DNA of 64,000 nt, taken from positions 4,588,001-4,652,000 of the forward strand of contig CM030332.1 in NCBI GenBank assembly GCA_017654855.1, read 5' to 3'. A model generated the notes under the pieces. That model was not told where the DNA came from, ran no database searches, and saw only the letters and a program-made list of their open reading frames with translations. The stretch is from Podospora anserina (lineage: Eukaryota). A program made the position numbers and the translations under genes. Positions 63,641 through 64,000 of the stretch are shown here, in pieces. The stretch's first letter is position 1; each line of letters starts with the position of its first letter.

Positions 63641-64000
63641 TCCCTCGCCGCGAAACGGCTCTTGTACATTATGTAGATCAGCAACATGTATTCTTCATGA
63701 GAAACTGGGAGTGCATGTGCAATGCTGTACCGTCTGTCCAACGTCACCCCCCTCATGAGATCACACCCAAGCAGGCGGCCTGGATGGCCTGGACGATTGG
63801 TTGATCTCAACTACCGGCCTTAGCTCGTACGGCCAGACCAGGCGCCAAACACAGGAAACTTTGGAGACCCATGACAGAGGGGCAGAAAACAAGAGGAGAA
63901 GATTCGACGTCTTGTCTAGAATGTAAAAACGCAATCGCTGTCGAGCCGCGTGAGAGACTTCCGAAAAGGGTCATTGATATCGATAGTGGGGTAGAGTGTT

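Overview
Eukaryotic (fungal, Sordariomycete-like, probably Hypocreales) chromosomal window with short spliceosomal introns (GT/GC..CTRAC..YAG) and about 19 protein-coding genes: rib4 (last exon only), a conserved hypothetical protein, a Mn-type CDF transporter, STT4 PI4-kinase, proteasome beta-6 (PRE7), an RRM+YTH protein, Hsp30, a SAM methyltransferase, LSM6 (missed by the ORF track), a Pol-beta-like nucleotidyltransferase-motif protein, MSH5, EMC5, an HMG-box transcription factor, a WHIM/WSD-PHD protein, the CCH1 Ca2+ channel, a 93-aa small protein, an orphan ORF, cyclin B and mitochondrial ribosomal L2. I saw no tRNA, rRNA, CRISPR array or recognisable transposon. Most of the window is ordinary housekeeping sequence. 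The best leads are a multi-stem RNA structure in the rib4 (riboflavin pathway) intron, an uncharacterised nucleotidyltransferase-like gene head-to-head with LSM6 and near YTH and methyltransferase genes, two tandem upstream ORFs sharing a PIKRL motif ahead of the YTH gene, and an atypical MSH5 (GC-AG intron, large insertions). All exon boundaries were read by eye and all family assignments are from motif recognition, not database searches.
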